Source: Candidatus Enterousia sp. (GTDB lineage Bacteria; Pseudomonadota; Alphaproteobacteria; Rs-D84). Taken from it: 64,000 bases of DNA. Under the pieces are notes generated by a model that saw nothing but the letters and a program-made list of their open reading frames with translations, did not search any database and was not told where the DNA came from. The stretch's first letter is position 1. Each line of letters starts with the position of its first letter. Made by a program: the position numbers and the translations under genes. The DNA lies in contig JAZTWM010000001.1 in assembly GCA_045635825.1 (NCBI GenBank), positions 52,358 through 116,357 of the forward strand. The letters run 5' to 3'. Shown piece after piece: positions 16,240-25,888 of the stretch.

Positions 16240-16800
16240 ATGGACTATCAATTATTAAAGGCCGAAGTTGAACAAAAAACCGCCCAAACATTGGATGTTT
16301 TAAAGAATGAATATGCAGGTTTACGCACAGGACGTGCGTCTGTTCACCTATTGGATGCGGTTCGTGTTCCAGTATATGGCTCAGAAATGCCAATCAATCA
16401 GGTTGCGACTGTATCAACCCCTGACAATCAAACATTGTCTGTGACGGTTTGGGATATTACCAATGCACCTGCGGTTGAAAAGGCAATTCGTGATTCTGGT
16501 TTGGGCTTGAATCCTATGACTGCTGGCGGTGTTATTCGCTTGAATATGCCACCTTTGACCGAAGAACGTCGTCGTGAATTGACCAAGGTTGCAGGCAAAT
16601 ACGCAGAAGAGGCCAAGATTTCCATGCGTAACATTCGCCAAGATGCGATGGGTAAAATTAAACGCGCAGTGACCGACAAAGAAATCTCTGAAGACGATCA
16701 ACGTAAATACGAAGAAGATATTCAAAAGGTATTCGATAAACGTGGCCAAGAAGTTGATGCAATGGCCAAGGAAAAAGAAGCTGACATTATGTCTGTTTAA
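16240..16800 (+). CDS. frr: ribosome recycling factor
   Basis: 186 aa; LRTGRASVHLLD..V.YG and a C-terminal KEKEADI-type tail typical of RRF; conserved position before uppS. Confidence 0.9.
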   Translation: MDYQLLKAEVEQKTAQTLDVLKNEYAGLRTGRASVHLLDAVRVPVYGSEMPINQVATVSTPDNQTLSVTVWDITNAPAVEKAIRDSGLGLNPMTAGGVIRLNMPPLTEERRRELTKVAGKYAEEAKISMRNIRQDAMGKIKRAVTDKEISEDDQRKYEEDIQKVFDKRGQEVDAMAKEKEADIMSV

Positions 16801-16821
16801 TTTCTTACGAAATCGGGATTA

Positions 16822-17586
16822 TTGAAAATGTTCAAGTTATTTAAGAAAAAAACTGCACCTGTAACCAACACAGGTGCCAAGGTTCCACAACATATCGCAT
16901 TTATTTGCGATGGCAATCGTCGTTGGGCGGAAATGCGTGGTATGCCACCTTTGATGGGGCATCGTGCCGGTATTTCTAACTTTGAAAACCTGGTCGATTG
17001 GTATATTGCACGTGGTGTATCTACTATCACATTCTTTTGTTTTTCAACTGAAAACTGGACCCGTTCAGCCGAAGAGGTTGATTTCCTGATGGACTTGTTC
17101 TACACAGAATTGACCAAGAATATGGAACATGCACTGGAAAAGAATTTGCGTTGCAGGGTTATTGGTTCTCGTGACCGCTTGCCCGAAAAGTTAGCGGTCC
17201 TGTGTGATGAATTGGAAGACAAGACCGCGGAAAACACTGGTGGTACTGTTGTTTTTGCTGTCAACTATGGTGGCCAGCAGGAAATTATCGATGCAGTAAA
17301 TCAGGCGGTTGTTGCAGGCGAACCTGTGACATTGGAAAGTTTTGAAACATATCTGGATACGGGTGATTTATTGCCAATTGACCTGATGGTACGCACCAGT
17401 AATGAAAACCGTATATCTAATTTCTTGTTGTGGAAATTGGCATACGCAGAATTGCTGTTTGTGCCTGAACATTGGCCAGAATTGGTAACCAGTGAAAAGT
17501 TATGGCAATTCACATTGGATGAATTTGCCCGCCGTAATCGTCGTTTTGGCGGTGGCAAAAAGGCAAATTATTCCGGTAAAAAATAA
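16822..17586 (+). CDS. uppS: undecaprenyl diphosphate synthase (isoprenyl transferase)
   Basis: PQHIAFICDGNRRWA, FSTENW and RTSNENRISNFLLW motifs. Confidence 0.9.
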   Translation: MKMFKLFKKKTAPVTNTGAKVPQHIAFICDGNRRWAEMRGMPPLMGHRAGISNFENLVDWYIARGVSTITFFCFSTENWTRSAEEVDFLMDLFYTELTKNMEHALEKNLRCRVIGSRDRLPEKLAVLCDELEDKTAENTGGTVVFAVNYGGQQEIIDAVNQAVVAGEPVTLESFETYLDTGDLLPIDLMVRTSNENRISNFLLWKLAYAELLFVPEHWPELVTSEKLWQFTLDEFARRNRRFGGGKKANYSGKK

Positions 17587-17613
17587 TAAATTACAAGTAA
17601 GGGGAAAGGGGAA

Positions 17614-18258
17614 ATGTCAAATACAACAAAGCGTATAATTGCGGCCATTATCATGGCGGCGATTGCCGCACTGTGTGCGGTTGGCGAACATTATGGCGTG
17701 CCTGCGGTTCGCTATCTTGGCTTGTTAATTGTATCAGCGATGATTTTAGAATATGTTCTGTGCATACGACGTGCAGATCGTGACACATTGCATTCAAATC
17801 GTGCTGTGTTCATCGGTTTTGGATTATTGTTATTGCTATTGTTGCCGGCCGTTTATACGGTTGGTGTACGTCCATGGATTGTATTGTTGTTGCTGTTGAT
17901 AATTTGCAGTGCAGACATCGGTGCCTGGTTCTTTGGCAGATTGCTGGGTGGTGACAAGATGTGGGAACGTCTGTCATCTGGCAAGACGTGGTCTGGTCAA
18001 ATTGCAGGTATTATCTGTGGAACATTTGCAGGTGTTATGTACGGTCTGTTGGGTGCAGATACATTCATGCCACAACTGATGTGGATTGGAATCAGTATTT
18101 CATTGCTGTCCCAGTATGGGGACCTGACGGCCAGTTATATTAAACGTAAACTTGGTATCAAAGATTTTGGTGCCGTAATCCCAGGTCATGGTGGCGTGCT
18201 TGACAGATTTGATGGCTGGATTTACGCATTGCCATTGGTTTGGTTAATTATGTTGTAA
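17614..18258 (+). CDS. cdsA: phosphatidate cytidylyltransferase
   Basis: Polytopic membrane protein; C-terminal GKTWSG..IKRKLGIKDFG..IPGHGGVLDRFDG signature. Confidence 0.85.
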   Translation: MSNTTKRIIAAIIMAAIAALCAVGEHYGVPAVRYLGLLIVSAMILEYVLCIRRADRDTLHSNRAVFIGFGLLLLLLLPAVYTVGVRPWIVLLLLLIICSADIGAWFFGRLLGGDKMWERLSSGKTWSGQIAGIICGTFAGVMYGLLGADTFMPQLMWIGISISLLSQYGDLTASYIKRKLGIKDFGAVIPGHGGVLDRFDGWIYALPLVWLIML

Positions 18259-18286
18259 TTGTTTTATACAGGGAAAGGGTAAAGGC

Positions 18287-19351
18287 ATGAATTTTATATT
18301 AACGATTGTTGCATTGCTGATTGTTCTTGGTGCGGTTGTATTTGTACATGAACTGGGACATTTTTTGGCGGCACGATGGGCTGGTGTTCGTGTTGATGCC
18401 TTTTCCATTGGTTTTGGACCTGCGATTGTAAAATGGCGTGACAAACGTAATACGATTTGGAAAATCGGCTGTCTGCCATTGGGGGGATACGTATCCATTT
18501 ATGGCCAAGAAGACATGTTCAATCGCAAGAAATATACCGAATTGCCTGCGGATAAAAAGGTTGGGCATTATTTGTCTGCACCTGCCTGGAAACAGTTTAT
18601 AATTATTGGTGCCGGTGTTTGTATGAACTTTTTGCTGGCATGGATAATTTATACATCTTTGTTCATGTTTCAACCCCGTTTGGTTGGTAATTCCCAGTTA
18701 CCAGTGGTCGGCCAGGTTATTCAGGAATCTGTTGCATTTAACGCGGGGGTCAAACCTGGCGACACAATTGTTCGTATTGATGATACCAAGATTACAAATT
18801 GGGGCGAATTGATTCTGGCTAAAGAGTTGGCGTCCAGTCGTGATGCAAATGTCCTGATTGTTCGTGGTGATAAATTGGTAAATGTGACGTTGTCACCGGC
18901 GGATCGTTGGGGTATGGTTGCAGACGGGGCTCGTCGTGCCGATCCTGCCCGCCAGGGATTGTTTCGTGCCATGTATTCTGGTGCACGTAAAACATACTAT
19001 GAATCCAAGACCTTGGTGGTTGTGTTAAAGCAGATAATCACAGGTGAACGTTCGTCAAAGCAATTGGGGTCTTTTATCACGATTGCCGAATATTCAGGCA
19101 AGGCGATGTTGGCGGGCTTCTTTACGCTGTTGTCACTGATAGCATTGTTATCTGTGAATCTGGGGGTATTGAATTTGTTGCCATTGCCGGTATTGGACGG
19201 CGGTTATCTGCTGATATTGATTATCGAAGGTGTCACCCGTCGCAAATTACAAGGTCGTGCGATGGAAATTACGATTATGTGTGGTTGGGTGTTAATCATG
19301 GGGTTGTTTGCCCTGACCATGTGGAATGATTTGGTTCGTGTATTTGGATAA
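18287..19351 (+). CDS. rseP: RIP zinc metalloprotease RseP
   Basis: HELGHFLAARWAGV is an HExxH motif in TM1; PDZ region; LPLPVLDGG motif. Confidence 0.85.
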   Translation: MNFILTIVALLIVLGAVVFVHELGHFLAARWAGVRVDAFSIGFGPAIVKWRDKRNTIWKIGCLPLGGYVSIYGQEDMFNRKKYTELPADKKVGHYLSAPAWKQFIIIGAGVCMNFLLAWIIYTSLFMFQPRLVGNSQLPVVGQVIQESVAFNAGVKPGDTIVRIDDTKITNWGELILAKELASSRDANVLIVRGDKLVNVTLSPADRWGMVADGARRADPARQGLFRAMYSGARKTYYESKTLVVVLKQIITGERSSKQLGSFITIAEYSGKAMLAGFFTLLSLIALLSVNLGVLNLLPLPVLDGGYLLILIIEGVTRRKLQGRAMEITIMCGWVLIMGLFALTMWNDLVRVFG

Positions 19352-21624
19352 TGGCTATGAATAAAGTATCAACGTTTGCATTATTGTCATGTTTTGTTGC
19401 ATCCAGTGCTTTGGGTGCAACTGTTTCGCGTATTGATGTATCTGGGAATCAACGTATGGATGCCGAATCCATTCGTATTCTGGCAGATGTCAAAGTTGGT
19501 GATAACGTTGGTGACGCACGTTCCAATGAAATCGCCAAGAAATTACAGGAAAGCGGTTATTTTTCCAAGATAAGTGTCAATATGTCTGGAAACGTATTAA
19601 AGATTGCCTTGACTGAATCACCAATTATAAACATGGTAACTGTCGAAGGTAATGACGAAGTTTCAACAGATGATTTGAAAAAAGAAATTCGTACCAAAGA
19701 ACGCACTTCATATGATGCATCAACAATTGGTGCTGATGTACAACGTATGTTGACTGTGTACCAGCGTCAGGGTTTCTTTGGCACCAAGATTGAGCCACAA
19801 CGAATTGAATTGCCAGACAATCGTGTAAACATTGTCTATGAAATTACCGAAGGTCACCCAACATGGATAACCGACATTGATTTTTCTGGGAATAAAAAGT
19901 TTAATGACCGTACCCTGCGTGACGAGATATTGTCACGTGAACATGCCTGGTGGCGTTTTATGACGCAATTCGATACGTTTGACGAAGATCGTATCCAATA
20001 CGATGGTCAAATGTTGCGTCAGTTTTATTTGCGTAACGGCTATGTTGATTTTCAGGTCAAGAATATTGCCGGTACATTTACACCGGATCGTGAAAATTAT
20101 TCTGTTGTATTCACAGTTGACGAAGGGAACAAGTATAATTTTGGTAAATTGACGGTGGACAATCCGTTCCCGGATATTAAAACTGATGAACTGGTTCAGG
20201 CGATTGTGATGCAGTCTGGTGACACATATAACGTTGACTTGGTTGATGAAACTATGTCTGCATTACGCAGTGCGGTTGCCGACCATGGATATGCATTTAT
20301 TAATGTTGAGCCTGTCCCAACAAAAAATGATGACACTAAAACAATTGATTTGGTATTCAAGATTCAAAAGACCAATCGTATTTATTTGAACACCATAAAC
20401 ATTTTGGGAAATGTTCGCACATTTGATTCTGTGATTGAACATTTGATACCGATGCGTGCAGGTGATCCATTCTCATTACAAACAATTGAAGAAGGGCGTC
20501 AAAAACTGATGCGAACACGTTACTTCAAAGACGTGCAAATGATTCCAACACGTGTTGCAGATTCAAATATGATGAACCTGGATATCAAGGTCGAAGAACA
20601 ACCAACCGGTGAATTATCTGGTGGTCTGGGCTGGTCAAACATCAACGGCTTTATGGTTGATGCAGGCATTACCGAAAATAACTTTATGGGTCGTGGACAG
20701 GTTGTACAACTGCGTGGTTCAATTGCCGAATATCAAAAGCAGGCATTGTTCAGTTTTACCGAACCATATCTGTTTGGGCGTCAATTATCTGGTGGATTTG
20801 ATGTGTCCTACACAATGTATGATTATTCGTCATTGGGCAGTTTTGGCTATGATCGTGACTCTTTAAGTGTTGCGGGTCGTATGGGGTGGCGTTTAACAGA
20901 CCATTGGACACAAAATGTACGTCTGTCCGCATCTTTTGACCAGAATTATGATATTCAGGCAACTGGTGGTTGGCAAAAGGCGAACCTGTATACCTTATCA
21001 ACTAATTTTAGATATCATAACCTGACATCTAACTTTGAACAAAATACACACACAGGGGTTGTTGCAAATCTGGGGTTGGCATATACTGGATTTGGTGGAA
21101 CGGAATCCTTTATGCGATATACCGCAGATATTATTGGTATGGTAAACTTCTGGAATGATAAATGGCAACTGCGTTCATCTTTGGATTTTGGATATATTCA
21201 GCCATTAGATAACGATTATGTGTCACGTGTATATCGCTATTTCTTGGGTGGTGAATCATTGCGTGGCTTTGATGTTGCGGGGGTCGGATCTCGTAACTGG
21301 GCGTATCAAACATATGCACTGGGTGGCTTGTGGAAATTAAATGGGTCAACCCAATTGAACTTCCCAATCTTTATCCCAGACGAATACCAGATTAAGGGAT
21401 TTGTATTTATGGATTATGGTGTTTTGGGCAAGCCGCCTGCACGTGAAGACACATTTGCAGGTCGTCCAAATTACATAGATGACAACATACGTACATCCGC
21501 AGGTGTTGGTATCTATTGGAATACGCCAATGGGACCAATGAATTTCAGTTGGGGCTGGCCATTAAGGATGACAGAATATGATCGTGAACAGCGTTTCTTG
21601 CTGTCATTTGAAACCCAGTTTTAA
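19351..21624 (+). CDS. bamA: outer membrane protein assembly factor BamA
   Basis: 757 aa; N-terminal signal peptide; POTRA-like repeats; C-terminal Omp85 barrel ending in an aromatic residue (FETQF). Confidence 0.9.
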   Translation: MAMNKVSTFALLSCFVASSALGATVSRIDVSGNQRMDAESIRILADVKVGDNVGDARSNEIAKKLQESGYFSKISVNMSGNVLKIALTESPIINMVTVEGNDEVSTDDLKKEIRTKERTSYDASTIGADVQRMLTVYQRQGFFGTKIEPQRIELPDNRVNIVYEITEGHPTWITDIDFSGNKKFNDRTLRDEILSREHAWWRFMTQFDTFDEDRIQYDGQMLRQFYLRNGYVDFQVKNIAGTFTPDRENYSVVFTVDEGNKYNFGKLTVDNPFPDIKTDELVQAIVMQSGDTYNVDLVDETMSALRSAVADHGYAFINVEPVPTKNDDTKTIDLVFKIQKTNRIYLNTINILGNVRTFDSVIEHLIPMRAGDPFSLQTIEEGRQKLMRTRYFKDVQMIPTRVADSNMMNLDIKVEEQPTGELSGGLGWSNINGFMVDAGITENNFMGRGQVVQLRGSIAEYQKQALFSFTEPYLFGRQLSGGFDVSYTMYDYSSLGSFGYDRDSLSVAGRMGWRLTDHWTQNVRLSASFDQNYDIQATGGWQKANLYTLSTNFRYHNLTSNFEQNTHTGVVANLGLAYTGFGGTESFMRYTADIIGMVNFWNDKWQLRSSLDFGYIQPLDNDYVSRVYRYFLGGESLRGFDVAGVGSRNWAYQTYALGGLWKLNGSTQLNFPIFIPDEYQIKGFVFMDYGVLGKPPAREDTFAGRPNYIDDNIRTSAGVGIYWNTPMGPMNFSWGWPLRMTEYDREQRFLLSFETQF

Positions 21625-21684
21625 GTCTTGACGGGACTGGCGAAAATTGCGTATAATTTGAAATAATAGGAAAGGGGGATAATC

Positions 21685-21831
21685 ATGAAAAAATTATTCT
21701 TGGGATTCTTTGTTGCACTATGCCTTGCCGGCTGTGGTCAGGTTTATGATCGTGAACCTGTGGGCGTTGGCTTTGACAACAATGAATTAAAGTTAAGCCC
21801 ATGTGCCTGCATCATGGTCTATCAGGCCTAG
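21685..21831 (+). CDS. small lipoprotein (48 aa), VirB7-sized
   Basis: Unlisted ORF MKKLFLGFFVALCLAGCGQVYDREPVGVGFDNNELKLSPCACIMVYQA. Lipobox LAGC; RBS AAAGGGGGAT upstream; directly precedes the VirB8-like genes. Confidence 0.5.
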   Translation: MKKLFLGFFVALCLAGCGQVYDREPVGVGFDNNELKLSPCACIMVYQA

Positions 21832-22561
21832 TGTTATTTTACAATGGGGCAGGGGGGACACATTGGAATATCCAGACGACTTTAATGTACCAACATTTCC
21901 TGCGGGGCCACGTATTGCAACGTCCCGCATGTTTGGTATTGGCATTATGGTTGTTTTGTTTTTAGTTGTTATTGCATGTGGTCTGATACTGTGGGTTCAG
22001 CGTTCCGCCCATGTTCATCCATTTGTTGTTTCTGTAAACCCAATAACCGGTCAATGGGAAGTTGTAGGTCACACCCACTCAGAAAACGGCCAAATGACCA
22101 CAGACCAGGCCTTGCAAGAATCAGTTGTTGGCAAATTTGTCCAAGATTGGTTTGAAATATCTGCTGACACCACAACAAATGATAATATGTGGATGTCATG
22201 CGATTACGCCACAGATTGTTCTTTGGGCAAGAATATCGATGTAAAAATGGGGCGATGTGCATTATTCTGTGTATCTGGCGAAGAGGTTTTTACTCATTTT
22301 ACAGACTCTGTAATCCCCGGTTATCGTGTACGTGTTGAATCGGGGGAAACATGGCATTTTGATATGTCCAGTTTTCAGATAAGTCCGGTTGGTCAATTCA
22401 ATGCAAACGGTGGTTCTTGGCAGATACGTGGCACAATATATTCAAACATTTCTGCCCCAATCAGCATATTAGGCTATGCCATGGTCAAGCGAGAGATGGA
22501 ACGCTATCCTCAAACAATGGGGTATTATGTGTCCGAGTTTAGTGCATACAAGTTAAATTGA
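21803..22561 (+). CDS. VirB8-like bitopic protein (N-terminal segment, one TM, periplasmic NTF2-like domain); start uncertain (alternative ATG at 21929)
   Basis: After the TM, VHPFVVSVNPITGQWEVV matches the VirB8 motif HIPYVITVDRTTGEAGV. DQALQESVVGKFVQDWFEI parallels VirB8 DQAVAQFWASRYVIARESY. Confidence 0.5.
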   Translation: MPASWSIRPSVILQWGRGDTLEYPDDFNVPTFPAGPRIATSRMFGIGIMVVLFLVVIACGLILWVQRSAHVHPFVVSVNPITGQWEVVGHTHSENGQMTTDQALQESVVGKFVQDWFEISADTTTNDNMWMSCDYATDCSLGKNIDVKMGRCALFCVSGEEVFTHFTDSVIPGYRVRVESGETWHFDMSSFQISPVGQFNANGGSWQIRGTIYSNISAPISILGYAMVKREMERYPQTMGYYVSEFSAYKLN

Positions 22562-23211
22562 TGAGAAAGTTGGTACTATTCTTTGTTGGTTTATTGATTT
22601 TGGGTGTCATGTCTGCCACCTTGCTGGTTGCGGGTGTTATTTATGATTCAGGCAATAAAACAGCGGTTGAAGCATATTTTTTCCAGACCGATGATAATTA
22701 TGCCCGCCGTCCGGGTGACATAAAAACCGCCGAAGAGTTTGGTGTCGAAGATATGCGTGTTCAGTTTATATCAAAGTATCTGACCGAATACTTTTTTGTC
22801 TCGCCCGATATCGCACAATTAGAAGCACGCAGTGCCAATCGATCGACCCTTCGTTTAATGTCCTTGATATCGGTTTATAACAAATGGATAGAAACGGTAT
22901 TGCCAGAATTGCGTGAATTGGCTGCTGCACGTGCATTACGTATTGTCAAGGTCACAGATGCCAAGTTTATATCTAAAACCAAACATGGCGAATACTGGCA
23001 GGTTTCATATGATTTAACAACATGGGATGCACCAAATAACTTTTCTGTTGTTCCACGTGTAGAAAGTGCTACCCTGTTTATGGATATATCATATGAACCT
23101 GGGATGCGTGAAACTGTATTGGGTCGGTCCTTGTCCCAATATATGGAATCAGGTGGCGACCCAGCAGTTGCGTTCAAATTCGGGGTTCGTGATATTGTAA
23201 TACAGGAATAA
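22558..23211 (+). CDS. second, more divergent VirB8-like N-anchored periplasmic protein; ATGA-coupled to the previous gene
   Basis: N-terminal TM LVLFFVGLLILGVMSATLLVAG, then AVEAYFFQTDDNYARRPGD ... EDMRVQFISKYLTEYFFVSPD with VirB8-like spacing. Confidence 0.4.
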   Translation: MMRKLVLFFVGLLILGVMSATLLVAGVIYDSGNKTAVEAYFFQTDDNYARRPGDIKTAEEFGVEDMRVQFISKYLTEYFFVSPDIAQLEARSANRSTLRLMSLISVYNKWIETVLPELRELAAARALRIVKVTDAKFISKTKHGEYWQVSYDLTTWDAPNNFSVVPRVESATLFMDISYEPGMRETVLGRSLSQYMESGGDPAVAFKFGVRDIVIQE

Positions 23212-23213
23212 AA

Positions 23214-24014
23214 ATGGCGGGTGTCAACATGCACAATTTGAAGACTATATTTATGTTTGTTTGTTTGTCTGTTATGTCGTGCTTTTGTACATGTGCCAAT
23301 GGTGACAGTTTCGATTTTGATGAATTTGCCATCGAAGACAGTACAGATGTTGATATCACAATGGAAGACGTTGAACTAAACAGCGATGCCGATATTGCGG
23401 ACGTTTCTTCCTTTGATATTGCTGGCATTATGTTGGGTATGTCTTTTGAAGATGTTTATTCACTATTCTTTCGTGAAAATGGGCTGTATGCACCACGTAA
23501 AAAAAATGCTATAATTTATACAATACACCCTGATTGGAAAGTGAACTTGGATTACGAATGTCGTGGCCAGGGTACGGTTATCCCAACAGAACTGGAAAAA
23601 TGTATAAACAGTTTGGCCCGTAATCGTGGATTACTATATGCATCCGAAGTGCATCTGGTACGTGAAAACACAGGTGAAACGATAGTTGTTTATTTCACCA
23701 GTAATGCCAGTGATAACTTGGTATATCGTGTTGTGTATAACAATGATGTAAATGACATAGAAGGGGACGCAGAAAAATTCGTCAAACAGCGCGAGAATAG
23801 AATCCTAAACTTCTGGCAAAGTGTATTGGATAAATATGGTGCCCCCAATTCCGGCACAGACCATTGGATATCCAGTACTAATTCATATGATCCAATGCTG
23901 ATTGCCTACTATGGTGCATTAGATTTAGTGGATAATGGTCGCAATGCATCTGACCTGGCCAAGAATATTCAGGCTGCACGTGAAAACTTTCGGGTTAAAC
24001 CATATGCCTTCTAA
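23214..24014 (+). CDS. secreted acidic hypothetical protein
   Basis: Signal peptide MHNLKTIFMFVCLSVMSCFCTCANG, then a D/E-rich region and a ~200-aa domain with no recognised motif. Confidence 0.4.
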   Translation: MAGVNMHNLKTIFMFVCLSVMSCFCTCANGDSFDFDEFAIEDSTDVDITMEDVELNSDADIADVSSFDIAGIMLGMSFEDVYSLFFRENGLYAPRKKNAIIYTIHPDWKVNLDYECRGQGTVIPTELEKCINSLARNRGLLYASEVHLVRENTGETIVVYFTSNASDNLVYRVVYNNDVNDIEGDAEKFVKQRENRILNFWQSVLDKYGAPNSGTDHWISSTNSYDPMLIAYYGALDLVDNGRNASDLAKNIQAARENFRVKPYAF

Positions 24015-24354
24015 GACATCATATTCCAAAGGATTATTTGCCGAATTTTTGGCACGAAACTACCTGCGTTTACATGGTTTTCGTATTGTTAAATCACGTT
24101 ACATCACTGGTCGCCATACCAATCGTGCAGAAATAGACATTATCGCACGTCGTGGAAAACTGTTGCTGTTTGTAGAGGTCAAAAACCGTCCCACCGTATC
24201 AACTGCGCTGGATGCTGTAACATACGCCCAGTCATTGCGTTTACGTCGGGCGGGTGAAACCTATCTGGCACAAACCCGTTGGGATGGCAATGCACGTTTT
24301 GACATTATTGCCGTATGTGGTTTGCGTATCCATTGGATAAAAAATTGTATATAA
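24004..24354 (+). CDS. yraN: YraN/UPF0102 family endonuclease-like protein
   Basis: RGKLLLFVEVKNR and RFDIIAV motifs; start trimmed to MPSKTSYSKG. Confidence 0.7.
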   Translation: MPSKTSYSKGLFAEFLARNYLRLHGFRIVKSRYITGRHTNRAEIDIIARRGKLLLFVEVKNRPTVSTALDAVTYAQSLRLRRAGETYLAQTRWDGNARFDIIAVCGLRIHWIKNCI

Positions 24355-24420
24355 GTATTGATTTTTGATAAATCTCCTATACAATATACACTATGTTGAT
24401 ATAACACCAAAGGAGAAGAC

Positions 24421-24570
24421 ATGAAAAAAGCATTATTGGCATTGTTTGCAGTTTTGACATTGGCTGCCTGCACAGGTTCATATAAATCAGGAAATTGTGA
24501 ATACCACTTCTTGTTGCACAAGGATATCTCTGTTTCCAAAATCGTTGGTAATATGACAGGTGGTTGCTAA
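24421..24570 (+). CDS. small lipoprotein (49 aa)
   Basis: Unlisted ORF MKKALLALFAVLTLAACTGSYKSGNCEYHFLLHKDISVSKIVGNMTGGC; RBS AAAGGAGAAG; followed by a terminator. Confidence 0.5.
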   Translation: MKKALLALFAVLTLAACTGSYKSGNCEYHFLLHKDISVSKIVGNMTGGC

Positions 24571-24573
24571 ATA

Positions 24574-24600
24574 AAAAATCCCCAAAATTGGGGATTTTTT
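24574..24600. terminator. bidirectional intrinsic terminator AAAAAATCCCCAAAATTGGGGATTTTTT
   Basis: Same terminator family; lies between convergent genes. Confidence 0.6.
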
Positions 24601-24829
24601 ATTTTTTCTTTTTTGCTGGTGCCTTTTTTGTCACCGCTTTTGCCGGTGCTTTTTTATATTCTGCAACCAATGCCATAACACATGTATATGCCAATAATGC
24701 AGATACTGCAGTAATCAGACCAGAAATCAATCCGCCTGAAAATGCCACGAACAGTACAATACATACAGCCAAAACGATTGTATAGCCCAAGTTTTTAGCC
24801 AATACATTCAGCAGTTTATCGAACATCAT
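24599..24829 (-). CDS. small membrane protein with Lys/Ala/Pro-rich C-terminal tail
   Basis: Two hydrophobic helices, then KKAPAKAVTKKAPAKKKK. Confidence 0.4.
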   Translation of the reverse strand: MMFDKLLNVLAKNLGYTIVLAVCIVLFVAFSGGLISGLITAVSALLAYTCVMALVAEYKKAPAKAVTKKAPAKKKK

Positions 24830-24968
24830 ATTTCTCCCTTGTTTGTTTGGATATTCATATTATAGCACATATTTTTTTATATTCGCTATGAAAAAACACC
24901 GTCAATGAATGACGGTGCTTCAAAGGAGAGATATGAACTACTGACTAAAACAACCTGTAACTTATGGC

Positions 24969-25739
24969 TTACAGTACCACATGCCCGCCAACACGTGCTG
25001 TTTTTGGGATTGGCCCAAAAGAAGAACGTGGACTGACATATATGTTGCCTGTGACGACAAAATCACCACAGAACTGCAACATATTCACATCACGCAGGAA
25101 CAGATTGCCGTTAATTTCAATGTCGCATGGCAATACATATTTGCGCATATTTTGCAGATACAGGTTTCCGTTTACCTGTGATTTATTTTGTAACATTGCA
25201 CCGCTGGCACGACTGTCAACGATTACATCGCCCCAGAAACGATTTGCTTTCACTGCGGTTTGTTTTTTTACAATTTCTACTTCGCTACGTTTAACTGGCA
25301 CAACATTTACTGCACCACCGATTCGCTTGTTGGTTTTTGCGTCAACCTTCATTGGCAATGTAACAGGTCTTGGTTTTACAGTACGTGTTTCTGTGGCTAC
25401 GACCTGTTGGGTTTGTGGTGCAACAACAACAACCTGTTTGCGACAACCGACAACATCAATGATTAACATGGAAAATAAAATAATAATTGCAACCAACAGC
25501 GTCAGGTTTACCAACCCCACAACATTAATTGCACACAACCAATTCCACAGCCATTTCACACCACGTACAATCATACGCATACACCAACGGCAACCACGTG
25601 CAATCATAATAAATGGCCAACAGATAATATTCCAAACACGTGTCCAGAACGTGTTTTGTTGCTTTTCTGTACGCTTGACAGTGCGTTTAGTTGATTGAAC
25701 ACGTTTGCCTGCGGATTTTACTTTCATTTTTTTCAACAT
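24969..25739 (-). CDS. membrane-anchored bactofilin-like (polymer-forming cytoskeletal) protein
   Basis: Start trimmed to MLKKMKVK (RBS AAGGGA). Basic N-terminus, TM, then beta-helix-like repeats GDVIVD..VNGNLYLQNM..IEINGNLFLRDV..FVVTGNIYV. Confidence 0.45.
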   Translation of the reverse strand: MLKKMKVKSAGKRVQSTKRTVKRTEKQQNTFWTRVWNIICWPFIMIARGCRWCMRMIVRGVKWLWNWLCAINVVGLVNLTLLVAIIILFSMLIIDVVGCRKQVVVVAPQTQQVVATETRTVKPRPVTLPMKVDAKTNKRIGGAVNVVPVKRSEVEIVKKQTAVKANRFWGDVIVDSRASGAMLQNKSQVNGNLYLQNMRKYVLPCDIEINGNLFLRDVNMLQFCGDFVVTGNIYVSPRSSFGPIPKTARVGGHVVL

Positions 25740-25888
25740 GCATATCCCTTTTGATTTAAAAGTTAATCTTGTTACCCTAAAAATAATATTTGTCAAATCA
25801 TTTGTCAAGTGTTTTTGTCAAAAATTATTTTTTGTCATGCATTTTGTTTTTGACCTTTGTTGAAATCTGTTATATTCTATACCCTGTT

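Noticed and set aside
21685-23211. Considered Skp (OmpH), LptC or PilN/PilO identities for the genes after bamA
   Set aside because: Skp has a cleavable signal peptide and a long basic coiled coil, not an N-terminal TM anchor. The PxVxxVDxxTG block after the TM helix fits VirB8 better than LptC or PilN/PilO. These alternatives remain formally possible and are named in the finding.
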